DNA of 64,000 nucleotides. Origin: Pseudomonadota bacterium. GTDB lineage: Bacteria; Myxococcota; JACRCW01; JAFGSX01. The translations under genes and the position numbers were made by a program. Of the stretch, positions 49,321 to 58,882 are shown piece by piece. The notes below the pieces were generated by a model. The model had not been told where the DNA came from and made no database searches. It saw only the letters and a list, made by a program, of their open reading frames with translations. The stretch lies in NCBI GenBank assembly GCA_043821645.1, contig JBDRCO010000003.1:32001-96000 (forward strand), in the 5' to 3' direction. Within the stretch, counting starts at the first letter, position 1. Each line of letters starts with the position of its first letter.

Positions 49321-51605
49321 GTGCCGAGGCCCTTCCCAGGACCTTCGGTCCCTACACCTTGATCAAGCTGCTGGCGCGCGGCGGCATGGGTGAGATCTAC
49401 CTGGCCCGGACCACCGGTCTGGCGGGCTTCCAGAAGTACTGCGCGGTCAAGAAATTGCTCGAGAAGTTCACCCACGACAACGACGTCACCACGCGCTTCA
49501 TCGACGAGGCCAAGCTCGGCGCTCGCCTGTGTCACCCCAACGTGGTGCAGGTCAGCGATCTGGGACGTATCGGTGACGAGCTGTACATGGCCGCGGAGTT
49601 CGTCGACGGGTTCGACCTGCGCCGCATCCTGCGCTTTTGCCACGAGAAGAAGAAGCGCATCCCGCTGGACACTGCGCTGTTCGTGGTGCGCGAGATCCTC
49701 AGCGGCCTGGCCTATGCCCACAAGCAGGTCGACGCCGAGGGCCGGCGCATCAACCTGATCCACCGCGATATCAGCCCACAGAACGTGCTGGTGTCCTTCG
49801 AGGGCGAGGTCAAGATCATCGACTTCGGCCTGGCCAAGTCGACCCAGCGCAGCCAGGAAACCCAGGCCAACGTTCTGCTCGGCAACTTCGGCTACATGTC
49901 GCCGGAGCAGGCCCGGGGCAAGAAGCTCGACGAGCGCACCGATGTTTACTCGGTGGGCATCGTGCTGTTCGAACTGGTCACCGGGACAAAGCGTTTCATC
50001 GATGACAACCCGATGTCGCTGCTCGAGAAGGTGGCCCATCCCGCTCCCCTGATGCCCAGCGAGCGCGCCGAGGGCGTGCCCACCGAGGTGGACGCGATGT
50101 ACGCCCGGGCGGTGGATGCCGACCTCGAGCGTCGCTACCGCGATGCGGCACATTTCCGGGACGAGGTCACTCGCGTCCTGCACCGCATCAACCCGCGCGC
50201 CGCGCGCGAGCACCTGGCGGGATTTCTCGAGCACCTCTTCCTGGGTGGGCCAGCGCCGCAGACCCATGCCGCTGACGACGACCCACTCAACAAGTCGGTG
50301 TCGCTGGCGGTGGCGGATCTGGTGGCGAGCAGCCCGGCGTTCACCGCGTCCAAGGAGAACGATCTCAAGAATCGTGCGATGGGGGCCTTCGACGACAACT
50401 CACCCCAGACCCAGGAGATGCCCCTGCTTCGCGCGGCGCGTCTCGGAGACGCCCTCGACGAGGGAACGCTGCTAGGACGCGATCCCGAGCCCATGGCGCA
50501 GGTCGAGCCGGTGGTGACCGGGAGCGCGGATCCTGCGAATCGGGCACCCCAGCTTGCGCACGACGATGTCCCCGAGGTGGAGCCACCCACGGGGGACAGC
50601 GCCCGCGAGAGCACCGATCCTGCCAACCGGGCACCCGTGGTGCTGGTCGAGCCGCTGCAGCTGGACCTCCCGGACAGCTCGGCCTTTGACCAGCCAGAAG
50701 AATCGCTTGCAGCGACGGAGATTCACGACGCACCGGCCCTGGACGACGATGAACCGACCCGGGTCGGCTCCGCGCCGCCACCACGGGCAGGCGAAATACC
50801 CCCTGATGCACCGGTGACCCCGGCAGCCCTCGAGTTCGAGGAACTCACGCCCGTCATCGAGGACGACTTCCTCTCCGCGAGCGACGGTGACATCGAGATC
50901 GATGCTCCTGCTCCGACGGGATTCATCCAGGTCAAGCCGCCTCGCGTTGAAGCGCCGCCTGCGAGGGTCGCGCCACCGCAGCCTCCGCCGCTGCCCTCCT
51001 TCAAGGCGCCCCGCGCGCCGACCCCGGCACCCCAGGCCGCCATCCCCACCGGGGGAGAGACCCGTCAGCCCGCACACCGCGCCTTCCCCGTGCCGCAGCA
51101 CGCCGTGGAGGACGAGGCCATCGAGATCGACGTCGAGGAGGCTCCGCCGCCCCTGCCTCAATCGCTCACCAGCGACCTGGAACTCCCCGCGGGGGACAGC
51201 CAGCAGCCCCAGGACCCCTTCCACGAGAGTCTGATCATCGACTTTGACGATGTGGTCGAGGGGACGGGCGCCGGCGATGCTGCCGGAGCTTCTCTGCCCC
51301 GCAGCCCACAGTCCTCTCCCGGCCATGCGGGCATGGCACAGGGTGCCACGCGGCCCCCACCCCTCCCCTCGGGCAAAGGTGTATCACCACGACCCGGTGC
51401 CCCGGCGGGGAATGAGGGCTTGTTCCGCGAGGGAGCCAGGATCCGGCCCGCGGCGTCGGTCCGACCGCTGCGACCTGCCATCTCGAGCGGGACCGGCGTG
51501 GTCGGGCGCAGCCGGCCCGAGCCCCGACGCAAGCGCGACGACAGACCCGTACTCAAGCGAGATGAGACCGCCGACCGCTCGAACGACGACAAGGACAAGT
51601 CCTGA
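49317..51605 (+). CDS. Hanks-type Ser/Thr protein kinase with acidic, Pro-rich tail
   Basis: ARGGMGEIY, AVK, HRDISPQN, DFGLAK, YMSPEQ, DVYSVG. Confidence 0.95.
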   Translation: MSAEALPRTFGPYTLIKLLARGGMGEIYLARTTGLAGFQKYCAVKKLLEKFTHDNDVTTRFIDEAKLGARLCHPNVVQVSDLGRIGDELYMAAEFVDGFDLRRILRFCHEKKKRIPLDTALFVVREILSGLAYAHKQVDAEGRRINLIHRDISPQNVLVSFEGEVKIIDFGLAKSTQRSQETQANVLLGNFGYMSPEQARGKKLDERTDVYSVGIVLFELVTGTKRFIDDNPMSLLEKVAHPAPLMPSERAEGVPTEVDAMYARAVDADLERRYRDAAHFRDEVTRVLHRINPRAAREHLAGFLEHLFLGGPAPQTHAADDDPLNKSVSLAVADLVASSPAFTASKENDLKNRAMGAFDDNSPQTQEMPLLRAARLGDALDEGTLLGRDPEPMAQVEPVVTGSADPANRAPQLAHDDVPEVEPPTGDSARESTDPANRAPVVLVEPLQLDLPDSSAFDQPEESLAATEIHDAPALDDDEPTRVGSAPPPRAGEIPPDAPVTPAALEFEELTPVIEDDFLSASDGDIEIDAPAPTGFIQVKPPRVEAPPARVAPPQPPPLPSFKAPRAPTPAPQAAIPTGGETRQPAHRAFPVPQHAVEDEAIEIDVEEAPPPLPQSLTSDLELPAGDSQQPQDPFHESLIIDFDDVVEGTGAGDAAGASLPRSPQSSPGHAGMAQGATRPPPLPSGKGVSPRPGAPAGNEGLFREGARIRPAASVRPLRPAISSGTGVVGRSRPEPRRKRDDRPVLKRDETADRSNDDKDKS

Positions 51606-51625
51606 GCGGACTGCGAATTGGGCTC

Positions 51626-53104
51626 TCAGCCTGTACGTGCTGACCGCTTGTAGTTGAGGATCATCCCGAGCAGCGAGGCCAGGCCCACCATGCCAAGCAG
51701 CACCCACACGATCCACGGATTGTAGGTGTCCCACAGCACGCGGGCGGCGTCGTAGGAGCTGGTACCTGGACCCAGCTTCTCGGACAGGGTCGCCATGAGC
51801 TGGTTGGGGTCTATCTTGGCGGCCTCGTCCACGGACATGCCGAACTTCTCGACCAGATAGCGGCGCGCGAACACGGTGCGCGACGAGAAGGTGTCGTACA
51901 GCGGCCCAGACAGGCCGTTGCCCGCAGCCCAGCCTATGGCGAAGGGGATGTTCGAGTAGCCCATGTACAGCGCCTTCTTGTCCGGCGGCGCGATCATGCC
52001 GATGTACTCGCTGAACTTGGGGCTGCAGATGATCTCGCCGATGGCAAAGACGAAGATCATGAATGCGACGACGATGCCCACAGGGGTCAGGCCTGAGCCC
52101 ACGAAGCCGATGAGCCCGATGGTCATGCCTAGCACCAGGGCCACCATCATGTGGAAGCGGCCAAAGAACCAGCTCAGGGGTAGCACCAGCAGGATGATGG
52201 TGAAGGAGTCGATGTTGATGAGCATCTCGGGCTTGGCCGCGCCGTCGGCCATGACGAAGCTCTTGGCGCCGTCTCCCAGCAGCGAGGTCAGCAGAGCTCC
52301 CACGTCGCGGGCATCGACCCACTCGTCGATGAAGTTGGGCAGCAGGTCCCACAGCTGCATGAACATGAACCAGAAACCCGAGATGATGAGCAGGAAGCGC
52401 AGCATGTTCTTGTCACGCCACAGCACGAGCAGGGTGTCGGTGAACACCTCCATCCCGGCCTTCTTTTTACTCTCGGCGGAGATCTCCGGCTCCTTGAACA
52501 GGAAGATGGCGGGCAAGAAGTTCCAGGCGGTGACCAGGGCCGCACCATAGAACACGTACGACCAGGTGGGGTTGGCCTCGTCGCCACGCGCGGCCGCGGC
52601 GGCCATGGGCGCGATGAAGCCGCCGATGTTGACCACCCAGTAGAAGATGCCAAAACCCAGACCCGAGTTGCCCTCGTTGAGCGATTTGGCCACCATGCCC
52701 TGCACCGGTGGCTTGAAGATGGCGGTGCCTGTGCCAACGCAGATGCCCGCTGCCATCATGGTCCAGAAGCCCGTGGCGTTGGCCATGACCACGTAGCCGC
52801 CGATGTTGATGACGAAGGCCAGGAACATGCTCTTCTTGTAGCCGTAGGTGTCGGTATAGCCGCCGGACACCATGGGCAGCAGGCACTGGATGAGCGCCCA
52901 GACCATGTAGATGATGCCCTTTTCAGAGTAGCTCAGCCCGAGCTCGGCCGAGCCCGTGCCCACCATGTACAAGGGCAGCACGGCGCGCACGCCGAAGAAG
53001 GCCAGGCGCTCGCCGGCCTCGATCATGTTGGCGACCCAGAAGTTGGCGCTCATCGCGCGAACCTGCTCGACCAGGGGCACGGCTTTCTTGGGGGCGTCGC
53101 TCAT
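51626..53104 (-). CDS. MFS transporter (peptide/POT-like)
   Basis: EAGERLAFFG (ExxER-like), GTAIFKP, FYWVVNIG, about 12-13 TM helices. Confidence 0.88.
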   Translation of the reverse strand: MSDAPKKAVPLVEQVRAMSANFWVANMIEAGERLAFFGVRAVLPLYMVGTGSAELGLSYSEKGIIYMVWALIQCLLPMVSGGYTDTYGYKKSMFLAFVINIGGYVVMANATGFWTMMAAGICVGTGTAIFKPPVQGMVAKSLNEGNSGLGFGIFYWVVNIGGFIAPMAAAAARGDEANPTWSYVFYGAALVTAWNFLPAIFLFKEPEISAESKKKAGMEVFTDTLLVLWRDKNMLRFLLIISGFWFMFMQLWDLLPNFIDEWVDARDVGALLTSLLGDGAKSFVMADGAAKPEMLINIDSFTIILLVLPLSWFFGRFHMMVALVLGMTIGLIGFVGSGLTPVGIVVAFMIFVFAIGEIICSPKFSEYIGMIAPPDKKALYMGYSNIPFAIGWAAGNGLSGPLYDTFSSRTVFARRYLVEKFGMSVDEAAKIDPNQLMATLSEKLGPGTSSYDAARVLWDTYNPWIVWVLLGMVGLASLLGMILNYKRSARTG

Positions 53105-53265
53105 GAAGTCCTCACACGGAGCCTGGGGCGCTCGGGTTCATCGGTGTCGAGCCGGTTTTTTACGCGACGGGGCAGGGGGGGGCAAGGGCGGTTTGAGCCT
53201 CCGGCCCTGCACCTCACCCTCGACAGTCCGCGACGTCACCCCCTGCGCAGGCATGGCAGGGCCGT

Positions 53266-54324
53266 TCAATTCACCGTCACCGCTACTCCGGCGTGGTCCG
53301 AGGGCCAGAGCCCGCCCGGGCTGCGCTGATCTGGCGTGACACCCTGTACCGCCACCCCGGTGGCGTCGAGGCCACCGCGCAGGAACACGTGGTCGATGCG
53401 TGTATGCAGGGACGAGGTCGTGTTGCCCAGGTCCGCGGCCTGGCAGCAGGTGCCAGACTCGCTCTGGCCCGCAAGCAACCAGGTGTCGTCGAAGCCGGCC
53501 TCGACCACGGACTGGTACACCGGGTTGCCTGGCGCCGCGTTGAAATCCCCCACCAGCACGGTGGGCAGGTCGGTGGCGGCGAGGGCCTGTACCAGCTCGC
53601 TGACCTGGCCCTGCTGCACGGTGTTGGGGCTGCCCGGAATCTCGAGGTGGGTGTTGACGAACCAGGATCGCCTGTCCTTGAACAGGAGCTCGACGCTGAC
53701 CCAGGCCTTGGGCACGGAGATGGCGAAGGGCGTGCCAGGGATGGGGTAGCGGGTCATGTTCGTGTAGTGATGCTTCGCGGGGTTCTCGACGACAACATCG
53801 CTGCGCGCCAGCACCACATCGCGATCGGTGATGCGGATGTCGTCCTCGCCGCCGGTCGTGGTCATGGGTGCCTCGAAGTCGACGTTGTCCATGCTCACGG
53901 CCACCACGTAGTCCTGCCCTCGCGCCACCAGCGCCTGCTGCAGCAGGTCCAAAAAGTCCAGGACGACGGTTGTGGCTGGCGTGCCCGTCCAGCCATCGCT
54001 GGGTGACTGCAGTCTGTACAGCTCGACCTCCTGCAGTCCCACCAGGTGCGGCTGCGCGGCGGCGATGCGATCGGCGATGGCCTCGGCGCGATCCGCGAAG
54101 TCGGTGGCCTGCACCGCGGCCCAGGCCGCTGCCGTGGCCGCCGGTACCTGGTCGATGGAGGAGACCGAGAACAGGGACTCGAAGGCCGTGCCCAGGTACA
54201 GGTTCCAGGTCAGCACCTTGAACGAGCGGTCGACGGTGGGTTCGGGCTCGTCGGGAGGTGGTGTGGGGGTGCAGGCCAGCATGGCAGCGAGGAGCAGAGC
54301 AGGAATGCTGATACGTATCGACAT
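53266..54324 (-). CDS. Endonuclease/exonuclease/phosphatase-family lipoprotein
   Basis: Lipobox MLAC, LTWN, GLQEV, NTHL, GDFN, IDHVF, SDH. Confidence 0.9.
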   Translation of the reverse strand: MSIRISIPALLLAAMLACTPTPPPDEPEPTVDRSFKVLTWNLYLGTAFESLFSVSSIDQVPAATAAAWAAVQATDFADRAEAIADRIAAAQPHLVGLQEVELYRLQSPSDGWTGTPATTVVLDFLDLLQQALVARGQDYVVAVSMDNVDFEAPMTTTGGEDDIRITDRDVVLARSDVVVENPAKHHYTNMTRYPIPGTPFAISVPKAWVSVELLFKDRRSWFVNTHLEIPGSPNTVQQGQVSELVQALAATDLPTVLVGDFNAAPGNPVYQSVVEAGFDDTWLLAGQSESGTCCQAADLGNTTSSLHTRIDHVFLRGGLDATGVAVQGVTPDQRSPGGLWPSDHAGVAVTVN

Positions 54325-54339
54325 GGTGCGTCCTCGTCG

Positions 54340-54666
54340 TCAGAGCCAGCGCCTCAACAGCGTCAAGCCGCCGAAGGCGACGACCACCGGGACCATGATG
54401 GCGTAGGTGTGACCCGACGTGAGATCGAAACCCACCACGGATCCGGGCGGTGCCGGATGCAGCTTCGCATAGCCCAGGTAGAAGGCACCCGCCCCGCACG
54501 CCAGCAACCCACCCACGCGGTTGATCCGGTACCAGGCCCTGTCGTCGGCCATGGCCTGGCGTGATCGGAAACCGTAGATGCGGTTACGCGGTACGAGGCC
54601 CAGCAGCAGGGGCAGGCCGAGGACCACAAAGAGCATCGCGGGGATGAAGAAGGGTTGATCGGTCAA
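54340..54666 (-). CDS. SdpI-family membrane protein
   Basis: PRNRIYGFRS..DDRAWYRINRVGG signature; three TM helices; TTG start. Confidence 0.8.
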   Translation of the reverse strand: MTDQPFFIPAMLFVVLGLPLLLGLVPRNRIYGFRSRQAMADDRAWYRINRVGGLLACGAGAFYLGYAKLHPAPPGSVVGFDLTSGHTYAIMVPVVVAFGGLTLLRRWL

Positions 54667-54683
54667 AGTCGCCTCCGGCTCGG

Positions 54684-55913
54684 TTACTCGAAGATCTTTT
54701 CTCCCTCAACATCCCAGTTCTTGGCGTCGTGCTCGATGTCGCGCTTGGCAGGCTTCTCGCCCATCAGCTCGGCGTAGTACTCGTGCTGGATGAGCAGGTT
54801 CATGATCTGGTTGGTGCCGGTCCAGATCATGGTCAGGCGCGCGTCCCGCAGCAGGCGCTCGACCGGGAAGACGTCGGTGTAGCCGATGCCGCCGAGGATC
54901 TGCATGGCGTTGTTGATCACGGTCCAGCTGTTCTCGGTCGACACCTTCTTGGCCTCGCTGACCAGGCGCCGAGCGTCCAGGCCAGCGTCGACGGTGCGGG
55001 CTGCCGCGTAGCACAGCGCCCGCGCTGCATCGAGCAGGGCAATGCTGTCGGCGACCATGAAGTTGACGGCCTGGAACTTGTGAATGGGCCTGCCAAAGGC
55101 CTTGCGCTTGGTCGAGTAGCGGGTGGCCACCTCGAGCGCGGCCCGGGCCGACCCCGCGGCTCCGGCTGCCGAGGTCAGGCGCTCGGGTATCATCATGTAG
55201 TTGAAGATCTCGCCGCCCTGGCCCTCGGCACCGATGCGGTTGCCGACGGGCACGCGGCTGTCCTTGAACTGGATGCGCCCGGCGCCGCCGCCACGCGTGC
55301 CCATGAGCCCGTAGATGTGGTGCACCACCACGCTGTCGTCGCGCTCGACCACGAACACCGAGATGTTGTGGTGCGGGTCCTTGCCGTCGCCGGTGCGGGC
55401 GTAGACCAGAAAGAAGTCCGCGCCTTCTGCCCCCACCACGAAGCGCTTCTGGCCGCTGAGCACGTAGTGGTCACCGTCGCGGCGTGCAGTACACGTGGCG
55501 CCGAAGAAGTCGCTGCCACCGCGCGGCTCGGTCAGGGCCTCGGCGCAGGTCTTGTCGCCGGCCAGCATGGGGCGCAGGAAGCGCGCCTTGTGCTCGTCGG
55601 TGCCGAAGCGGTGCAGGGCCTCGCCGACGATGCTGGGCAGACTGAACAGGCAGCCCAGGGATGAGGACAGCACGCCGATCTCCTCCAGCGCCACGATCTC
55701 CGAGGTCCAGGGCAACCCACGGCCACCCCAGGCGGTGTCGAAGCGCAGGCCAATGAGGTTGGCACGGCCCAGGGCCTCGAGGTACTGCCGCGGGTACTGG
55801 ATTTTCTCGGCGTCCATGTCGCGCACCAGTGCCGCGGGGACCTGGGTGGCGACGAAACGACGCACCTCGTCTCGCAGCGATCGATCACTTTCGGTGAGCA
55901 GTGCCTCCAGCAT
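54684..55913 (-). CDS. Acyl-CoA dehydrogenase
   Basis: ALTEPRGGSD, LSGQKRF, RKAFGRPI..FQAV, QILGGIGY..VERLLRDAR. Confidence 0.95.
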   Translation of the reverse strand: MLEALLTESDRSLRDEVRRFVATQVPAALVRDMDAEKIQYPRQYLEALGRANLIGLRFDTAWGGRGLPWTSEIVALEEIGVLSSSLGCLFSLPSIVGEALHRFGTDEHKARFLRPMLAGDKTCAEALTEPRGGSDFFGATCTARRDGDHYVLSGQKRFVVGAEGADFFLVYARTGDGKDPHHNISVFVVERDDSVVVHHIYGLMGTRGGGAGRIQFKDSRVPVGNRIGAEGQGGEIFNYMMIPERLTSAAGAAGSARAALEVATRYSTKRKAFGRPIHKFQAVNFMVADSIALLDAARALCYAAARTVDAGLDARRLVSEAKKVSTENSWTVINNAMQILGGIGYTDVFPVERLLRDARLTMIWTGTNQIMNLLIQHEYYAELMGEKPAKRDIEHDAKNWDVEGEKIFE

Positions 55914-56051
55914 CGCGTCCTCCACGCATCGCGGGTTGTGCCGGCCCGACACGACCGCTAGCCTTGCCAGCCTCGCGCACCCGGGCCGGAGCGCATGCTA
56001 GCAGACGCGTCGCTGCAACGCAGGCCCAGGTCGCCCCGCTGGAGGATGGTG

Positions 56052-57656
56052 ATGTCGATACAGCATTGTTCGCGCTGCCCGCTGTTTTTCTCCGTGCTGC
56101 TGAGCACGGCCCTTTTCGCCGTTGTGGCCCGTGCGAATGACGGCCGTGATCGCTACCAGCAGGGCTACCCCAACGTGATGGTCCACCTGGATGGTCCGCT
56201 TTCCCCCGAGGCGGGCTATCGCGTGCTGGCCGACGACATGGAAGGCGGTGCCGACGGCGACCCGGCCTTTCGCTGGGGACAGAAGCACGCCCTGGCCGTG
56301 GTCGAGGTGGCTGCGCGGCACACGCGACAGGCCCTGGGCATGGGCCCCTTCGAGATGGCGCTGTTCGACATGTCGGCGGAGAACGGCGACACGCCGGTGG
56401 ATTTTGGATGGAAGCGTGCGCTCAAGCCCGGCGAGCTGTCACCACCACCGCGCGGTCGCCACCCCGGTGGATCCCACGACGGTGGTCTCAACCTCGACCT
56501 CGGCTACTACCTGACCTCACTCAAGGGCAAGGTTCTGGCCGAGGACTACGCGGCCTGCACCGAGCACCACGACGCCACCGCCAGGGACGCTGCCGGCAAA
56601 CCTGTGGACGTGAACCGGTGCACGGGCCCTGCCGACCGCCTGGACGTGGAGCGCCAGAGCTTCTTCGTGCTGGAGTTGCTTAAGCTGCACCGCGATCGCT
56701 TCGGAGCCTCGCTCATCGACGAGAGCGGCATGGATCAGAAGGTCAAGGAGGCGGTGCTGGGGCAGCTGCTGGCGTGGGAGAAGAGCAAGCGCCACGGTGT
56801 GACGAGGCAGCACATCCAGGACCTCGAAGCCCTGTTCAGCCACGACCGCTGGGGTGGCTGGCAAAAATTTCATCACCACCACATGCACCTGCGCATCCAG
56901 CCTTTTCGCACCACCGGTCCGCTGCGGGATGCGGCCACTGGCATCGAGGTCGAAGCACGCAAGGTGCGCGCGGGTTTGCTGGCCCAGGCCCACGCGGACT
57001 GGCCCGTGGCCCTCGATGCGCAGGCCCTGAGCTACAAGCTGGAGCGCAGTGTCGAGGTGCACGCGGTCAAGCTGCGCGAACGCCCGACGGTGCAGGTGCG
57101 CACGGTTCGCTTCCGGCTCGACGGCGGCGAGTGGGTCGAGCCCGACGAACCGCGGGACGATTTTCGCTACATCTTTGACCTGCCGCCGGGTTTGCGACCC
57201 CAGGGCGGTACCGTCACGGTCGAGGCCGAGGTCTCCACCGCCTCGGGCAAGACCAGCACCATCAGCACCACCCTGGCCTTGCCGCGCCTCGATCCTCGTC
57301 TGTTCGTGGCTTACCAGCCTGGCGCCATCGGTGGCGGCGCGCGCATCAAGGGGCGCGAGGTGCGCGCCCAGCTGGAGCTGCCGGTGCACCTCAAGCCTCT
57401 GGTCACGGGAGTGCGCTATCTCCTTTACCCGGCCGACGGCGGTGCGCCCGAGGTGCACGTGGTCGATGCAGGTTGGTTCGCACCCGCTCCGGACGCCCAG
57501 GCGCCCGAAGGTGGCACGCGCAGCCGTGGCAAGCTCGACGGGCTTCCACTGGTGGTCAAGCCCCGCTTCACGACTGCCGTGGCCCTGGTCGAGGCCCAGG
57601 TGATGTTCTCGAGTCGGATGACCGTGAGCGTGCCGCTGCTTGTCCAGGTGCCATGA
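56052..57656 (+). CDS. Secreted MepA-like (LAS) Zn peptidase with C-terminal beta-sandwich domains
   Basis: Signal peptide; DMS..G..HPGGSHDGGLNLDLGYY and HHHHMHLRI resemble MepA Zn ligands; GGAGG RBS. Confidence 0.6.
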   Translation: MSIQHCSRCPLFFSVLLSTALFAVVARANDGRDRYQQGYPNVMVHLDGPLSPEAGYRVLADDMEGGADGDPAFRWGQKHALAVVEVAARHTRQALGMGPFEMALFDMSAENGDTPVDFGWKRALKPGELSPPPRGRHPGGSHDGGLNLDLGYYLTSLKGKVLAEDYAACTEHHDATARDAAGKPVDVNRCTGPADRLDVERQSFFVLELLKLHRDRFGASLIDESGMDQKVKEAVLGQLLAWEKSKRHGVTRQHIQDLEALFSHDRWGGWQKFHHHHMHLRIQPFRTTGPLRDAATGIEVEARKVRAGLLAQAHADWPVALDAQALSYKLERSVEVHAVKLRERPTVQVRTVRFRLDGGEWVEPDEPRDDFRYIFDLPPGLRPQGGTVTVEAEVSTASGKTSTISTTLALPRLDPRLFVAYQPGAIGGGARIKGREVRAQLELPVHLKPLVTGVRYLLYPADGGAPEVHVVDAGWFAPAPDAQAPEGGTRSRGKLDGLPLVVKPRFTTAVALVEAQVMFSSRMTVSVPLLVQVP

Positions 57657-57690
57657 AGTCCTGAAGATCTGTCGGTGGCTTGCCCGAGTT

Positions 57691-58755
57691 TCAGAGTTCC
57701 ACCAGTTCGTAGGACCTGCTGCCGAGCCCCATGCGCTCGGCCGCGGCGAGCTGCACGCTGGCGTCATGGCGGGGATAGGACATGCTCTCCAGGCTCTTGC
57801 CAGCCTGGCGGGCGACCAGATCCAGGGCGGCCTGGTCGATGGCCACCGGATCCGTCGAGGCCAGCAGGCCGATGTCGTCGAGCAGGGGCTTCTGATCCAG
57901 ACCCAGGCAGTCGCAGTCCTTGGTCACCTGCATCACGCTGGTGACGAAGCCGATCTTGCCCTTCTTTTCGCGCACGACGGCCGCGGCGTGGTCCACCACC
58001 CGCTCCTGAAGCTCCCGACCCATGATGCCCCAGCCGAACTCCACCGCTGTGTCGCGGCAGATGGCGATGCACTCGCCGCAACCGATGCAGATCTCGCCGT
58101 CGATGTGGGCGGCGCTGTCCACCGTGATGGCGTCGGAAGGGCACCACTGGGCGCAGGTGCCGCAGGCCGTGCAGCGATCCTCCGAGATGTGCGGCTGCTG
58201 GCCGTGGTGCTGGCGCAGCTTGCCCTTGCGGGAAGCGCAGCCCATGCCGAGGTTCTTGAGGGTGGCGGCGAGACCTGTGCCCAGGTGGCCGGTGGCGTGG
58301 CTGAGCACCAGCACGCTGCGCGCCTGCAGGATGCCCGAGGCCATGGCCACGGTCTCGAAGTGTGTGCCGTCGACCCGCACCTCGATCTCGTCGGCGCCGA
58401 TGAGGCCGTCCGCAGGGATGAAGGGCGCGCCCACGGCCTCGATGGTGAAGCCGTGATCGTGTGCCACCCGGGCGTGGCTGACGCCGTTGTCGCGCGGACT
58501 GCGATACAGCACGGCGGTGTCGGTGAGAAATGGGGTGGCGCCGGCCGCGATCACACAGCGGACCAGGGGTGCCACCACCGCGGGCGAGATGAAGGTGCGG
58601 GTGCCGGGTTCGCCCACGTGCACCTTGATGGCGGTGAGGTCGTGCCGCGTGAAGAGGGCGTCGAAACGGGCGGCCACCCACAGCCTGTGCAACTTCTCGT
58701 CGAGGAGCTGGGGTGAATCGGTGGCGGCCGCGGCGATGAGATGGACCTGGCTCAT
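57691..58755 (-). CDS. DUF362 domain protein with a 2x[4Fe-4S] ferredoxin domain
   Basis: AIKVHVGE, GHLGTG..LKNLGMGC, CTACGTCAQWCP, CIGCGECIAIC, DCDC, STDPVAID. Confidence 0.9.
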   Translation of the reverse strand: MSQVHLIAAAATDSPQLLDEKLHRLWVAARFDALFTRHDLTAIKVHVGEPGTRTFISPAVVAPLVRCVIAAGATPFLTDTAVLYRSPRDNGVSHARVAHDHGFTIEAVGAPFIPADGLIGADEIEVRVDGTHFETVAMASGILQARSVLVLSHATGHLGTGLAATLKNLGMGCASRKGKLRQHHGQQPHISEDRCTACGTCAQWCPSDAITVDSAAHIDGEICIGCGECIAICRDTAVEFGWGIMGRELQERVVDHAAAVVREKKGKIGFVTSVMQVTKDCDCLGLDQKPLLDDIGLLASTDPVAIDQAALDLVARQAGKSLESMSYPRHDASVQLAAAERMGLGSRSYELVEL

Positions 58756-58844
58756 GCCTCAGCACTAGCAGAAGGTCCCGGGCCTGGGCCAGCGCCGAGA
58801 CGGTGAAGAAAGCCTCGACAAGCGCTGTCGCTTCGTGCATCGTG

Positions 58845-58866
58845 ACGCAGTGCGTAATAACGCAGT
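58845..58866. promoter_or_regulatory. Operator candidate ACGCAGTGCGT-AATAACGCAGT
   Basis: Same motif as 35332-35347; just upstream of the RBS of the acyltransferase-lipase gene. Confidence 0.55.
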
Positions 58867-58882
58867 CAGGAGGAAATAAGCC

